DNA from: an uncultured virus (IMG/VR IMGVR_UViG_3300020438_000023)
Lineage: Duplodnaviria; Heunggongvirae; Uroviricota; Caudoviricetes; Kyanoviridae
IMG/VR virus record: IMGVR_UViG_3300020438_000023
Span: 1 to 64,000 of that record
Strand: one strand, 5' to 3'
DNA length: 64,000 nt
The notes under the pieces are model-generated. The model saw nothing but the letters and a program-made list of their open reading frames with translations, made no database searches and was not told the DNA's origin. The translations under genes and the position numbers were made by a program. Positions 18,984 to 28,941 of the stretch are shown here, piece by piece (the first letter of the stretch is position 1; each line of letters starts with the position of its first letter).

Positions 18984-20629
18984 TGATAATCCCACATATA
19001 CGACATATCACCATATTCACTAGTCGCATTAGACCATCTATCTCCTTCAGCATCTATAAAAGTGGAGTTATCTAATCCATCATCAATAAATCCAAAAGGA
19101 GCCATATCCTGTTCTATTTGATTTTTCTGTTCTTCATAAATTCTCTTTCTAACATCTTGATCGGTTAGTTCTTTAAAGTAATCTTGAAGAACCAACCATG
19201 CATAAATCACAAGACACATCGCAAGGTCATCATTACAACCCTCTTCTGCTTCAAAAGAATTGTGCTTTGAAATAAATGTAGTTAATTCTGATATGATATC
19301 ATAGTCATTAAATATTAATTTATCCTCTTCGATTAATGCTTTAAGATTGAGAGACCCTACTTTCTTAACAGTCTTAGACATTTTGACTCCCAATTGAGTC
19401 TTCTTTCCACTGAATCCTTGACCAACAATTTGTCCAGCACGTCCTCTCATTGAACACATAAGAACGTTTTGATACTCAAGATCATAGTGAAGTAATGATG
19501 CTACTTGATCGCCAATATCATTTACCTCACATAAAATATATGCTTGATTATAATTTCTTGCTATTTCCCATATTATATTTGGAAACAACATAGGTTTGAT
19601 TGTATTATTCTTATATTTTGAAACTATCTTATGGGGAAACTCTGTAATATCTACAACCACAAATGCTGAGTAATCTTCACTAACACCTCTAGCAACGTCT
19701 ACTGTAACAATATAATCATGCCCTTCTTTTGGTAGTTCGTAAATATCCAATCCTGCACTTTGCCTTAGAGGAGTATCATAAGCCATTGATCGCAATTTAC
19801 TCGGAGCTATCAATGTATCGATAGATCCTAAAAACTCACATTCAAACTCAACCTTGAACTGCTGCTCTGATGTGTTAGCAATAGTTTGTTGTTTCCACTT
19901 TGCATCACGTCCAGGAACTTCCGACCAATGAACGTCTGTGGGAATGTAATCATTTTTACTTCTTTCTGCATCATGCCACATTCGGTAGAAATGATTCATA
20001 CCATGTGGTGTAGACACGATAATTACTTTGGTACTTTTACCAGAAGTAATAGTAGGATAAACAGAGGCAAAGAACGAGTCAGCAATGTGATTTGGGACAA
20101 ATGCGAACTCATCGAGAAAGAGGATGTTAAAAGACATACCTCGGACAGCACTTGCAGACGTAGAAGCTGCCAGTATTTTACTCCCATTTTCTAACTCCAA
20201 AGATCCTTTATTCCATGCTATTATACCCTGTTGCATCCACTTGGGCAGGTTTTCATATGCAGTTTGTAATCTACCTAACAGTTCCCTGGCGGTTGCTGCC
20301 TTGTTAGCAAGGATACCAATATTAACACTATCGTTAAAGACTGCGTAGTGAAGAAGATAAGATACCACAGTCGTAGACTTACCAGTCTGACGAGGCATCT
20401 TACAAATATTGAATCTGTTTTCATGAAAATTGTTTACCAGTTTTTCCTGAAATGGATACATCTCAAAAGGAACTAGACCCTTATCAAGAGAGACAATTTG
20501 CACATAATTTTTAGCAAAATATACTGGATCTTCTTTACATTTGAGGAACTCAAGAATTTGTTCCTCTGTAAATTCTATTTTAGTATTTGCTTTTTTTAGA
20601 TTTGGATTACCAAGATAAATTTCACTCAT
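18980..20629 (-). CDS. gp17: terminase large subunit
   Basis: PRQTGKST, LFLDEFAF, STPHGMNHFY, nuclease VDVARG and DDLAM motifs; no intein or intron. Confidence 0.99.
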   Translation of the reverse strand: MSEIYLGNPNLKKANTKIEFTEEQILEFLKCKEDPVYFAKNYVQIVSLDKGLVPFEMYPFQEKLVNNFHENRFNICKMPRQTGKSTTVVSYLLHYAVFNDSVNIGILANKAATARELLGRLQTAYENLPKWMQQGIIAWNKGSLELENGSKILAASTSASAVRGMSFNILFLDEFAFVPNHIADSFFASVYPTITSGKSTKVIIVSTPHGMNHFYRMWHDAERSKNDYIPTDVHWSEVPGRDAKWKQQTIANTSEQQFKVEFECEFLGSIDTLIAPSKLRSMAYDTPLRQSAGLDIYELPKEGHDYIVTVDVARGVSEDYSAFVVVDITEFPHKIVSKYKNNTIKPMLFPNIIWEIARNYNQAYILCEVNDIGDQVASLLHYDLEYQNVLMCSMRGRAGQIVGQGFSGKKTQLGVKMSKTVKKVGSLNLKALIEEDKLIFNDYDIISELTTFISKHNSFEAEEGCNDDLAMCLVIYAWLVLQDYFKELTDQDVRKRIYEEQKNQIEQDMAPFGFIDDGLDNSTFIDAEGDRWSNATSEYGDMSYMWDYQ

Positions 20630-20636
20630 AAATCAA

Positions 20637-21239
20637 TCAACAATTCCAAGCTCTCAAACTTTTATTAATTCTACTATCGGGATCTCTAGCAGTTTTAGCA
20701 GAGGTTAATTTCTTCTTCATACCTTTCATTCTTGCACAGAATGATGCTCTTCTTTTATTACCCTTCGTTTTAGATGGTGCTTTCAGATCACTACCAGGAT
20801 TTTCTGCTTCGTAAGACTTACGTCCTTTTTCATTGAGACCACCTTCTTTATTTTTACCAGACTTCTTAGTCCATGCAGCACCTTCCGAAACTTCCGTTTC
20901 TTCATTCTTTGGACGGCAATCATTTACTAATTTACCACCTTTCATTTTCATACCCACTTTCTTGTGGGTGTCCCAACAATCCTTTGCTTTCTCTTCAATC
21001 TCAATCTCTTCTGCATATAAGAAGGTTTCACCAGGTTCTTTCTCAGAAACAGATGTATATTTTACTTTAGATCCAGGATAAATTCCTTGCATTTGTGCTT
21101 CAACTTCTTTTCTTGAAGGAAGTTTTGCTTGAGGGAAGAACATTTTTAAAACATATGTTCTTCCTTTCCAAGTCACAACAACCATCATAAGGTTGCCGAC
21201 CTTTGAAGGTATTCTTGTTGCTTCATCAATATTAGACAT
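20637..21239 (-). CDS. hypothetical protein with a basic C-terminal domain (DUF6321-like)
   Basis: C-terminus AWTKKSGKNKEGGLNEKGRKSY...RRASFCARMKG...SLRAWNC, as I recall upstream of gp17 in cyanophages; late motif at 21262. Confidence 0.75.
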   Translation of the reverse strand: MSNIDEATRIPSKVGNLMMVVVTWKGRTYVLKMFFPQAKLPSRKEVEAQMQGIYPGSKVKYTSVSEKEPGETFLYAEEIEIEEKAKDCWDTHKKVGMKMKGGKLVNDCRPKNEETEVSEGAAWTKKSGKNKEGGLNEKGRKSYEAENPGSDLKAPSKTKGNKRRASFCARMKGMKKKLTSAKTARDPDSRINKSLRAWNC

Positions 21240-21256
21240 TATTGAAAAGACTCTTT

Positions 21257-23446
21257 TTAGTTATTTAGTAGAGACTTTAGTTCGTCAATCTGTTTCTGCT
21301 GATCTTTAACGGCTTCAACCAAAAGAGCAACCATATTTTGATATGCAATAGACTTAATACCCTCAACGTCTTCGTAGACAACATCTGGCACAATCTTCTC
21401 AACTTCTTGTGCAATCAAACCTAAGCAATGGTCTCCAGTGTTTTTATGATCATATTCAACACCACGTAGACTTGTTACTTTAGGAAGTGCATCACTGATA
21501 GTTTCAATATTCTTCTTAAGTCTTTCGTCAGAGTTTGCAGTAACTGTACCAGCACAAGTTAAGTTAGTTCCATTAAATTGTAAGTTTGCCGATGTTGTTG
21601 CAACGTTAGAACCATTCTTAAATAACACTTGGTTTGCAGAACCAATAGCATTAATATCTACAGCATCAATAGTAACAGTTGCTTTAGATCCAGCAGATTC
21701 AGAAACGATACTAGTAATTGCAGTTCCTTCAAAATTTAGTACTGTTGCTGCTGCAACTGATTGTACATCATCTTTTTGAACTTCAACACCAGAAATAATT
21801 CCTGTTAATTGAGAACCATCTCCTATAAATTGTCCACTAGTACTAGTTACATTACCAGAAACAGTTATAGCTGCTGGGAGACCAACGATAACTCTTCCTT
21901 CATTTCTAGTAACTGCAACCTGATTAGCCGTCCCATCAATGGCCATAACTGGACCAGTGAAGTTACTTGCAAGACCAACATGACCTGAAGTGGAGTTGAA
22001 ATCTATCTCAAAATGCTCTCCGAAGAAAGAAGCAACACCATAAGTAGTTGGAGTTGAAGATGCTAGAGAAACCGTATTTGTAGTAACGATACCAGTTACT
22101 CTACCGTATTCATCAATTTGTACATCAGTAATAAATCTATCATCTCTATCAGTTCTATCATCATAAGTTGTTGTTACCTGAGCGAGATTAATATCATCAT
22201 CATTAACAACAATCGCACTAGCATCTAAAGTTATAACATCAAATCTGTTACCAGTTTTCAACAAACCTTTACCAGCCTGTAGTTCACCAGGACTAGAGAA
22301 CTGGGTAAATTCCAGTGCGCTAACACCAATAGAAACTGGTTCTTTAGTGATCAACACGAAACCACCACCAGCATTCTCCTCACCGTTCAGAACGAACGAG
22401 AACGCACCTGATGCAATTTCACTTTGTTGGTCAAAGTCAACAGAACGAGTTAACTGCCATGATGTTGATCCACTTCCTACTCTAGTAACGGTATAATATC
22501 CATTTTCAAATGTATTTCCTACTCCAAGTTTACCTTGATCTTTTACAAGAACACGATCAGAAACTGTTAAATCTAAGAATCTATCAATAAGACCCGTTCC
22601 ACCAACACCTGCTGTAGTAATATTTTGATTTACTTGTGCAAATAAGATACCACCGACACCATTAGGTGATGTATCTACGTTATCATAATATGCTACAAGT
22701 GCTTCTGTCGTTGCTACAGATACAGCTTTCTGAACCACAAGACCAGCAGTTGCAAAGTTGTCCACATAGGCTTTTGTGGCAAGTTCCTGGTCTAACAGGG
22801 GTGTTAGTGTATCTACACTAGCATATGCTCTATTAAAGAATCCAGATCCAGCAACACCAACATCACCAACAACGCTTAACTTACGATCAGGAGTAGCAGA
22901 AGCGATTCCTATTCTACCTGTAGAATCATTGAAAATAAGATCTGCAGATCCACCAAATATTCCTCCATCATTATATTGAATTTGTCCATCAGAACCACCA
23001 GGAGCAACATCAGTAACCGTAATAGTAGCAGCAGCACCAGAAGCAACTGCGCTTATTAAATTACCAACAAAATTTATATCTCGTATACTATTACTAGAAC
23101 CTACCTGAACACCTTCATCTCTGATAGTGATACCAAGATCTTGAATACCTTCAAGAGTTTTCCAAGTTACAGAAGTTCCACCTAAAGATGTTAAGATGGT
23201 ATTGTTATCACCCATCGTTCCATCATAAGAAAATAATTCTTTATGAATCCTGATGTTTCCAGTATCTACATCAGCAGTGGGAGTATCATTGTTTCTATCT
23301 GTACCATGATCTGATCCGATGCCGATACTACCACCAATTGAAACGTTACCAATAACGTCCAATACTCTACTATTCTCACTGTAATCAGTGATGCCGATTC
23401 CAAAAGATCTTTCTCTTCCAGATAGGAATTTACCGTAATTAGCCAT
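21257..23446 (-). CDS. tail fibre protein with C-terminal S74 intramolecular chaperone
   Basis: SDERLKKNI...GLIAQEVE...LLVEAVKDQ chaperone domain (~21257-21533); fibre motifs ATKAYVD, DRVLVKDQ...ENGYY and GRIGIASATP. Confidence 0.85.
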   Translation of the reverse strand: MANYGKFLSGRERSFGIGITDYSENSRVLDVIGNVSIGGSIGIGSDHGTDRNNDTPTADVDTGNIRIHKELFSYDGTMGDNNTILTSLGGTSVTWKTLEGIQDLGITIRDEGVQVGSSNSIRDINFVGNLISAVASGAAATITVTDVAPGGSDGQIQYNDGGIFGGSADLIFNDSTGRIGIASATPDRKLSVVGDVGVAGSGFFNRAYASVDTLTPLLDQELATKAYVDNFATAGLVVQKAVSVATTEALVAYYDNVDTSPNGVGGILFAQVNQNITTAGVGGTGLIDRFLDLTVSDRVLVKDQGKLGVGNTFENGYYTVTRVGSGSTSWQLTRSVDFDQQSEIASGAFSFVLNGEENAGGGFVLITKEPVSIGVSALEFTQFSSPGELQAGKGLLKTGNRFDVITLDASAIVVNDDDINLAQVTTTYDDRTDRDDRFITDVQIDEYGRVTGIVTTNTVSLASSTPTTYGVASFFGEHFEIDFNSTSGHVGLASNFTGPVMAIDGTANQVAVTRNEGRVIVGLPAAITVSGNVTSTSGQFIGDGSQLTGIISGVEVQKDDVQSVAAATVLNFEGTAITSIVSESAGSKATVTIDAVDINAIGSANQVLFKNGSNVATTSANLQFNGTNLTCAGTVTANSDERLKKNIETISDALPKVTSLRGVEYDHKNTGDHCLGLIAQEVEKIVPDVVYEDVEGIKSIAYQNMVALLVEAVKDQQKQIDELKSLLNN

Positions 23447-23454
23447 TTTATAAA

Positions 23455-23799
23455 TTAGAAGTTAGAGGTTTCCAGGATTGATGAAAGAAATTTCATATCT
23501 GTTCCTGCATCTACAGAAACAGCAATCTTATCTCCAGTTTCTAGAACTAATTTTCCAGGGAGAAGATTGACCGTATCTCCTGCGGGGACAGGAAATGAAT
23601 TGACGATAGGTGTTGTAGTTGTGTCGGTACTATCATAGTAACTAAAAGTAATTCTTCTAGTTACTGTTCCAGTATTGATTGCTTGAGCCAATAGGAATAC
23701 TGAGGTATATCCTGTTGGTGCTGTGTAAATTTGAACATCTGATACTGTGGGCGTATTAGTAATTGTTCTAAAATTATTAATCGCAATTTGAGCAGCCAT
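23455..23799 (-). CDS. hypothetical structural protein
   Basis: IYTAPTGYTSV...GKLVLETGDKI...SILET pattern, typical of a small partner gene after large cyanophage fibre genes. Confidence 0.75.
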   Translation of the reverse strand: MAAQIAINNFRTITNTPTVSDVQIYTAPTGYTSVFLLAQAINTGTVTRRITFSYYDSTDTTTTPIVNSFPVPAGDTVNLLPGKLVLETGDKIAVSVDAGTDMKFLSSILETSNF

Positions 23800-23803
23800 T
23801 TAA

Positions 23804-26800
23804 TTAATCTCCTAGTGCTAGAATGAATGGTGTTACGTTGTTGAATAGAGATTTAAGGTATGTTCTACCTGTAATCGTTCCAGTTGCTTGGTTGATGGTA
23901 ACACCATCACCAATTCTAAAGTTACCTGCCTGGTCAGTAGATGTGAAAATAACTTCACCACCTTCTTCTTTAACAACCTCGTTTTCTTGGATGGTTACAC
24001 CACCAACACCAGGCCTTGCGGTGAAGATATCATTACCTGCACCAACATATTCAAACGAGTGAGAAGATGTAATTTGTAAACTCTGGCGACTTAGATAAAC
24101 AGTAGCTCCAGCACCTACATCATTATTTAACCCAGCAACAGCAGTGATAGTTGAAATACCTGCTCTTGGGAAGGTTGCAGCACCAACTTTATAATATAAA
24201 GGATCACTCTTACTTACTTCCGCAGTTGCTTGTGTACCACCTCCAGGAGGCGCTGCAATGCTTACATTTGGTGTTCTTGTCTCATATTGAGTACCAGTGT
24301 TAATAAGAGTAACTGCTGTTACTGCTCCATTTTCAACTGTAGGAATTGCCTGTGCAGAAATTCCATTTGGTCCTGTTGGAGACTCAATTGTAACGATTGC
24401 ATCGTTTGGAATGTTATATCCAGATCCACCATTAGTGATTGAAATTTCTGCTAATGAATAGTAAAGTTGATCGATATAATACACCTGACCATCATAAGGT
24501 CTTTGTGTTCCAAGACCACTTACTTCTAATGTAATATCATTAGCGGATGCAGCATTAACAACCTTTCCTGTCTGTCTGTAGATAGACTTAGTTGTAGCAT
24601 CACTAATTCCATTAGAGATAAGACCAATTCTTCCGAAGGAAGAGTTAGAGTTAGTCAAGTCACACTGACCACCACTTGATGTTACGATTGCTTCGTCGCA
24701 GCAAATTGTGAAGATAGACACCAACTGAGCATAAGATCCGTTTGTAATCGATACACCAATTCCTCTCTGGTTGTACTGCGTGTAAGAGTCAACCGACATG
24801 GAACCCTGAACACCAATTTCATCCTCATCTCCAGGTTCTGCAGCAAATCCATCGATCTTCAGACCGATGCTATCAAAGATAAAGTTTGTACAGTTTCTTA
24901 CATATGGACCTTTGAAGATCTGTCCACATCCAGGACTAAAGTTTAGATCGGCATCCTCACCTTCTGCTGGGTTGTAACCTACACCATCAAATCCTTCAAA
25001 TCTTGTGGTAATACCAGTTGGATTTACAGGACCTTGAATTGCAGTAATTCCACCACCAACAATAGAGGTAACAATACCAATAACAGTATCGATAGCACTC
25101 TGAACGTTCTTACATCCAGCAGGGCTTGTGTTACTATTAACTCTAGGATCATATTGAATAGACTCATCTTTGATTTGTCCGCCAGCATAACCAGAGTTCT
25201 TAGTAAATGGTTGGAACTTCAGGATGTTACCAGTATTTGTAGCATATGTGTGAGAAATATCACTAGGTCCAAAGTTTGTAGTAAACGTTGTGGGTCCAAC
25301 GATCGTATCAACGTTAAAGATATTTCCAAATGTTCCATCTGGGAATACGGTTGTTGTGATTCCAACGAAAGCACTACCACCACCAACGTAAGTATGATCT
25401 AATGTTGAAATACCAGTATTAACTGTAATAGAACTTGCGATAGAAAGTGTTGGGAAGTTGTTTAGATTTCCTGCACCAACATGAGTGGTTATGATACCGA
25501 CAAGACTATCAATAGAAGCACGAATGTCGGCACAACCAGAAGGAGAGGAATTAATTCCTACAGCTGGATCTGCGGTAATTGTGTAATCTTTGTAATTGAG
25601 GAGATTGTTGATAGCAAGTTTTGCATATTCTCCAATAGATGTAAATCCTGTTACAGATTCAGATTCTTCTCCAATCAATCCACCACTAATAGGTGCCCCA
25701 GTAGCATCAAAGTACTTTCTAGTTGTCTCTCTAATGTTCTTATTGCCATCTGTTCTTAAATCATCTATGATAGAATCAACAACATATGCAATATCTCTTC
25801 TACACTTAAACTCACCAGCAGGGAAGTTACCATAGTTAATAGTAAGACCATTAACAACATTTAAGTTAGCAACACCAAATGCTTCTGTAGAAATGCTTAC
25901 AAGTGTATCGATAGATGCTTGAACATCACTACAAGAGTAAGTTTCGCTATTACCAATAGCAGGACTTCCATCACCAAAGTAACTAGAACCACCAGAAACT
26001 GTTGTATCTTTTGTTGATAACTGATTAGCAATCGCCTGCTTCATTAAAGATTTTGCTTCATTGAAGGCAATAATTGTTTCCTCAGTCACACCTGCAATAG
26101 AATCATCACCTTCTCCAATCAGAGAACCTCCATTATCAAAGTATTTGTTAGTAACAGAAACGGTATAGTTATTACCACCGGTGAAGATATCTGTAGAAAC
26201 AGCATCTACTAGGTAATTCAGATTTCTTCTGAACTTAGTAGAATCGATTGATGGATATGTTACTTGAGCATTTGTATATGCTGCACCAACAATTTCACCT
26301 TTGTTCTGTTGGATTAGACGATATGCATCCTTATATCTGGATGTTGTTGTAATCTGATTATCTCCAGGATAGAAGAAATCTGGATGAAGAATAGCAATAT
26401 TCGCAAGAGCCTTATCTGTGATTTCTAGTTTGTTACCAGCGATTAAGTTTGCAGAATCTTGATATCTGTCTCCACCAACTTTTTCTACTGGGAAGTCAAA
26501 TCCAAGAGCACCTGAGGGGAAATACTGAGTCGAAAGACCACCACCAGAGTCGCACTGGAATACCAAATTCTCAAGACGAACTTTACCATCATTATCAATA
26601 TATGCCGGATCATTATCTGAACTACTAGAACCACTGTCTGTAAATCCAATTGTAGTAAATCCTGTGATTCTATCGTAAACAGCAGAGTTAATTCCTACTT
26701 CTGGAGTGTAGTAACGCTGAACCTTAATCGTTCCAGTTAAACCCGCAGATGCTGCAAGTCCATTTCCAACTCTTGCTGTAAATGTAGTAGAGGACATACT

Positions 26801-28876
26801 ATCATCTACAATCAGATTATTGAAATCACTACCAGTTGTAGAAGTAACTATGATACCATTACCAGACTTTAATTCATGATTCGTTGATGTTTCAAACGTA
26901 GTAATACCAGTAACACTATCATAAGTTGCAGTAAGAATTGTAGTTTCATCTCCAGGAGATCCTGGAAGACATGTAAATCCTAGTCCAGTAACTTCAATAC
27001 CATCATCTTTAGATAGATCGTGATTAAATCTGGTTGTAACAGTTGCAAGACCAGTATTAGTATCCCAATCAATATCACTAATTGGAGTTGTGTATCCGAT
27101 AGAAACTCCACCCCATGTTGTGTTATTGATTACGCAACGAATAATATCTTGTGCATAATCGACTGCACGGATTGTTTGTGTTACTTCATCAAATGGAGAT
27201 TTACTGAGAGTAGCAGCAGCAAAGGAGGAAATACCAATTTGAGCCAATGACTCATCAAAGTAGGTCTTACCAGCAGCAACTACTTTTGTAGATCCACCCC
27301 TTGTAATATCGTAGCAAACTGCTTTGAGAATATCTCTTACGTCTCTTGAGCAACGGAATGTATCGAGATTGATACCAGTAATAATTCCAACAACACCAGA
27401 GGAAGAACCAGCACCAATAGCACTTGATGTAATTCCTGTAAGATAACTGATGCTATTACCTACACCAGTACACCATCCTGTTCCTACAACGATCTTATTA
27501 TTTGAATTATCATATAAGATTCTCTTGTTTCTTCTTGTAGGATCAATTGCTTGAGTTTTATTGGTAGAATAATTAACGTACTTCTCTACTGTTCCACCAG
27601 TATCGTATGCATGTGAGATTGAAGAAATACCAACATTTGTTTTGAAAGTATTTACTCCAACATATTCTGTTACTGTAAAGTATTCTCCGTTTGAACCATC
27701 TGGGAAAATACTGGTTGTAACTCCGCTGCCTCCAGGACAGGTAAATTCAATTCCTTCTAGTTCAACAATATCACCAGTTGTTACACCATGACCAACAGAA
27801 GTGACTGTTGCAATACCAGTTAATTTATCGTAAGTAAATCCAGTAACATTTGTAGTACCACCAGCACCAACACTAGCCCATGGTCTCTGGTTGATTACAT
27901 ATGTTGAGATACCAGCAGCGCGATCAATAGCAGCGACAGTAGCATCGGCAATACTATAACCATTTGTATCTGTTCCCGTTACATGAGCAAGAGCTCCACC
28001 TGTGAAATATGATAATGCTGCTCCTACTGATTGTAAATTACCAGTAGACTTTAAGTCGTATGCAACTGATTTAAGTATATCTTTAATATCATCTCTACAG
28101 TTTTGTGGATCATCTGCAGCACCACCAACATCGGTAACAACAAATGCTGGATTTTTATAGTCAGTACTTGTAATATAACCAACTGCTTCTTGAGCAATAT
28201 AATCTAAGTTAGCCTCAAGAGCATTTGCACCATCTTGTTCAAGGTGGCCACCAGCATATCCACTATATCCACTGGTTAGGAATCCGACTGCTTCTCTTGC
28301 AATAAAATCTGAGTTGACGCGAATAAGTCTTGCTGCGTCAAAATATCTATCAGATGCTACGCTTTCAAGTGGTCTAAACGCGACTGCAGCAGAACCTGCG
28401 TCCATCGAACCTGTAAATCCAAGGTCAGTTAGATGACATCCATCATTTACATGAAATAAATCTTTATCTGCATTTCCTGGAGAAACAATACAGTTTCTTA
28501 ATTCTAAACCTTCTACTGATACGTTCTTATCGAGTAAAATAGGATTATTTTCAACATATACACCAGGATAAACTTTAACAGTATCAAAAATTTCTGCTAT
28601 CTCTGCAGCAGCTTTGATTGTTAGTTTTGCATCCTTTTCATTTAGACCAGTATTATCATCATTACCTTCTTTACATACAAAAATAGTTTTACCTAAAGAT
28701 CCTCCAGCGCCAACTCTAATGACGCGAGTTGCAATTCCAACTCCTGCTGTATCTTGCTTTAAAAATATTTCTCCATCAAAAGCATTTACAGCTATTTCAC
28801 CAAGAGCAAGTTGTGATGTAGTTGGAATTTTACCAGCTACCGTTGACCTTTTTAAACGAATTTGGGGATCTGACAT
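23804..28876 (-). CDS. large tail fibre/spike-like protein: beta-helix with nested phycobiliprotein-like and beta-barrel inserts
   Basis: N-terminal IRLKRS...GEIAVNAFDG anchor; beta-helix cap IFVCKEGNDDNTG...VYPGVYVE; beta-helix resumes at PYVRNCTNF; four CxRD-type helical modules in between. Confidence 0.75.
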   Translation of the reverse strand: MSDPQIRLKRSTVAGKIPTTSQLALGEIAVNAFDGEIFLKQDTAGVGIATRVIRVGAGGSLGKTIFVCKEGNDDNTGLNEKDAKLTIKAAAEIAEIFDTVKVYPGVYVENNPILLDKNVSVEGLELRNCIVSPGNADKDLFHVNDGCHLTDLGFTGSMDAGSAAVAFRPLESVASDRYFDAARLIRVNSDFIAREAVGFLTSGYSGYAGGHLEQDGANALEANLDYIAQEAVGYITSTDYKNPAFVVTDVGGAADDPQNCRDDIKDILKSVAYDLKSTGNLQSVGAALSYFTGGALAHVTGTDTNGYSIADATVAAIDRAAGISTYVINQRPWASVGAGGTTNVTGFTYDKLTGIATVTSVGHGVTTGDIVELEGIEFTCPGGSGVTTSIFPDGSNGEYFTVTEYVGVNTFKTNVGISSISHAYDTGGTVEKYVNYSTNKTQAIDPTRRNKRILYDNSNNKIVVGTGWCTGVGNSISYLTGITSSAIGAGSSSGVVGIITGINLDTFRCSRDVRDILKAVCYDITRGGSTKVVAAGKTYFDESLAQIGISSFAAATLSKSPFDEVTQTIRAVDYAQDIIRCVINNTTWGGVSIGYTTPISDIDWDTNTGLATVTTRFNHDLSKDDGIEVTGLGFTCLPGSPGDETTILTATYDSVTGITTFETSTNHELKSGNGIIVTSTTGSDFNNLIVDDSMSSTTFTARVGNGLAASAGLTGTIKVQRYYTPEVGINSAVYDRITGFTTIGFTDSGSSSSDNDPAYIDNDGKVRLENLVFQCDSGGGLSTQYFPSGALGFDFPVEKVGGDRYQDSANLIAGNKLEITDKALANIAILHPDFFYPGDNQITTTSRYKDAYRLIQQNKGEIVGAAYTNAQVTYPSIDSTKFRRNLNYLVDAVSTDIFTGGNNYTVSVTNKYFDNGGSLIGEGDDSIAGVTEETIIAFNEAKSLMKQAIANQLSTKDTTVSGGSSYFGDGSPAIGNSETYSCSDVQASIDTLVSISTEAFGVANLNVVNGLTINYGNFPAGEFKCRRDIAYVVDSIIDDLRTDGNKNIRETTRKYFDATGAPISGGLIGEESESVTGFTSIGEYAKLAINNLLNYKDYTITADPAVGINSSPSGCADIRASIDSLVGIITTHVGAGNLNNFPTLSIASSITVNTGISTLDHTYVGGGSAFVGITTTVFPDGTFGNIFNVDTIVGPTTFTTNFGPSDISHTYATNTGNILKFQPFTKNSGYAGGQIKDESIQYDPRVNSNTSPAGCKNVQSAIDTVIGIVTSIVGGGITAIQGPVNPTGITTRFEGFDGVGYNPAEGEDADLNFSPGCGQIFKGPYVRNCTNFIFDSIGLKIDGFAAEPGDEDEIGVQGSMSVDSYTQYNQRGIGVSITNGSYAQLVSIFTICCDEAIVTSSGGQCDLTNSNSSFGRIGLISNGISDATTKSIYRQTGKVVNAASANDITLEVSGLGTQRPYDGQVYYIDQLYYSLAEISITNGGSGYNIPNDAIVTIESPTGPNGISAQAIPTVENGAVTAVTLINTGTQYETRTPNVSIAAPPGGGTQATAEVSKSDPLYYKVGAATFPRAGISTITAVAGLNNDVGAGATVYLSRQSLQITSSHSFEYVGAGNDIFTARPGVGGVTIQENEVVKEEGGEVIFTSTDQAGNFRIGDGVTINQATGTITGRTYLKSLFNNVTPFILALGD

Positions 28877-28941
28877 CTTCTACATGTTTGGTATATACCG
28901 TAATACCCAATAGAAATTGAGTGCTATCTTATTTAGTAACC

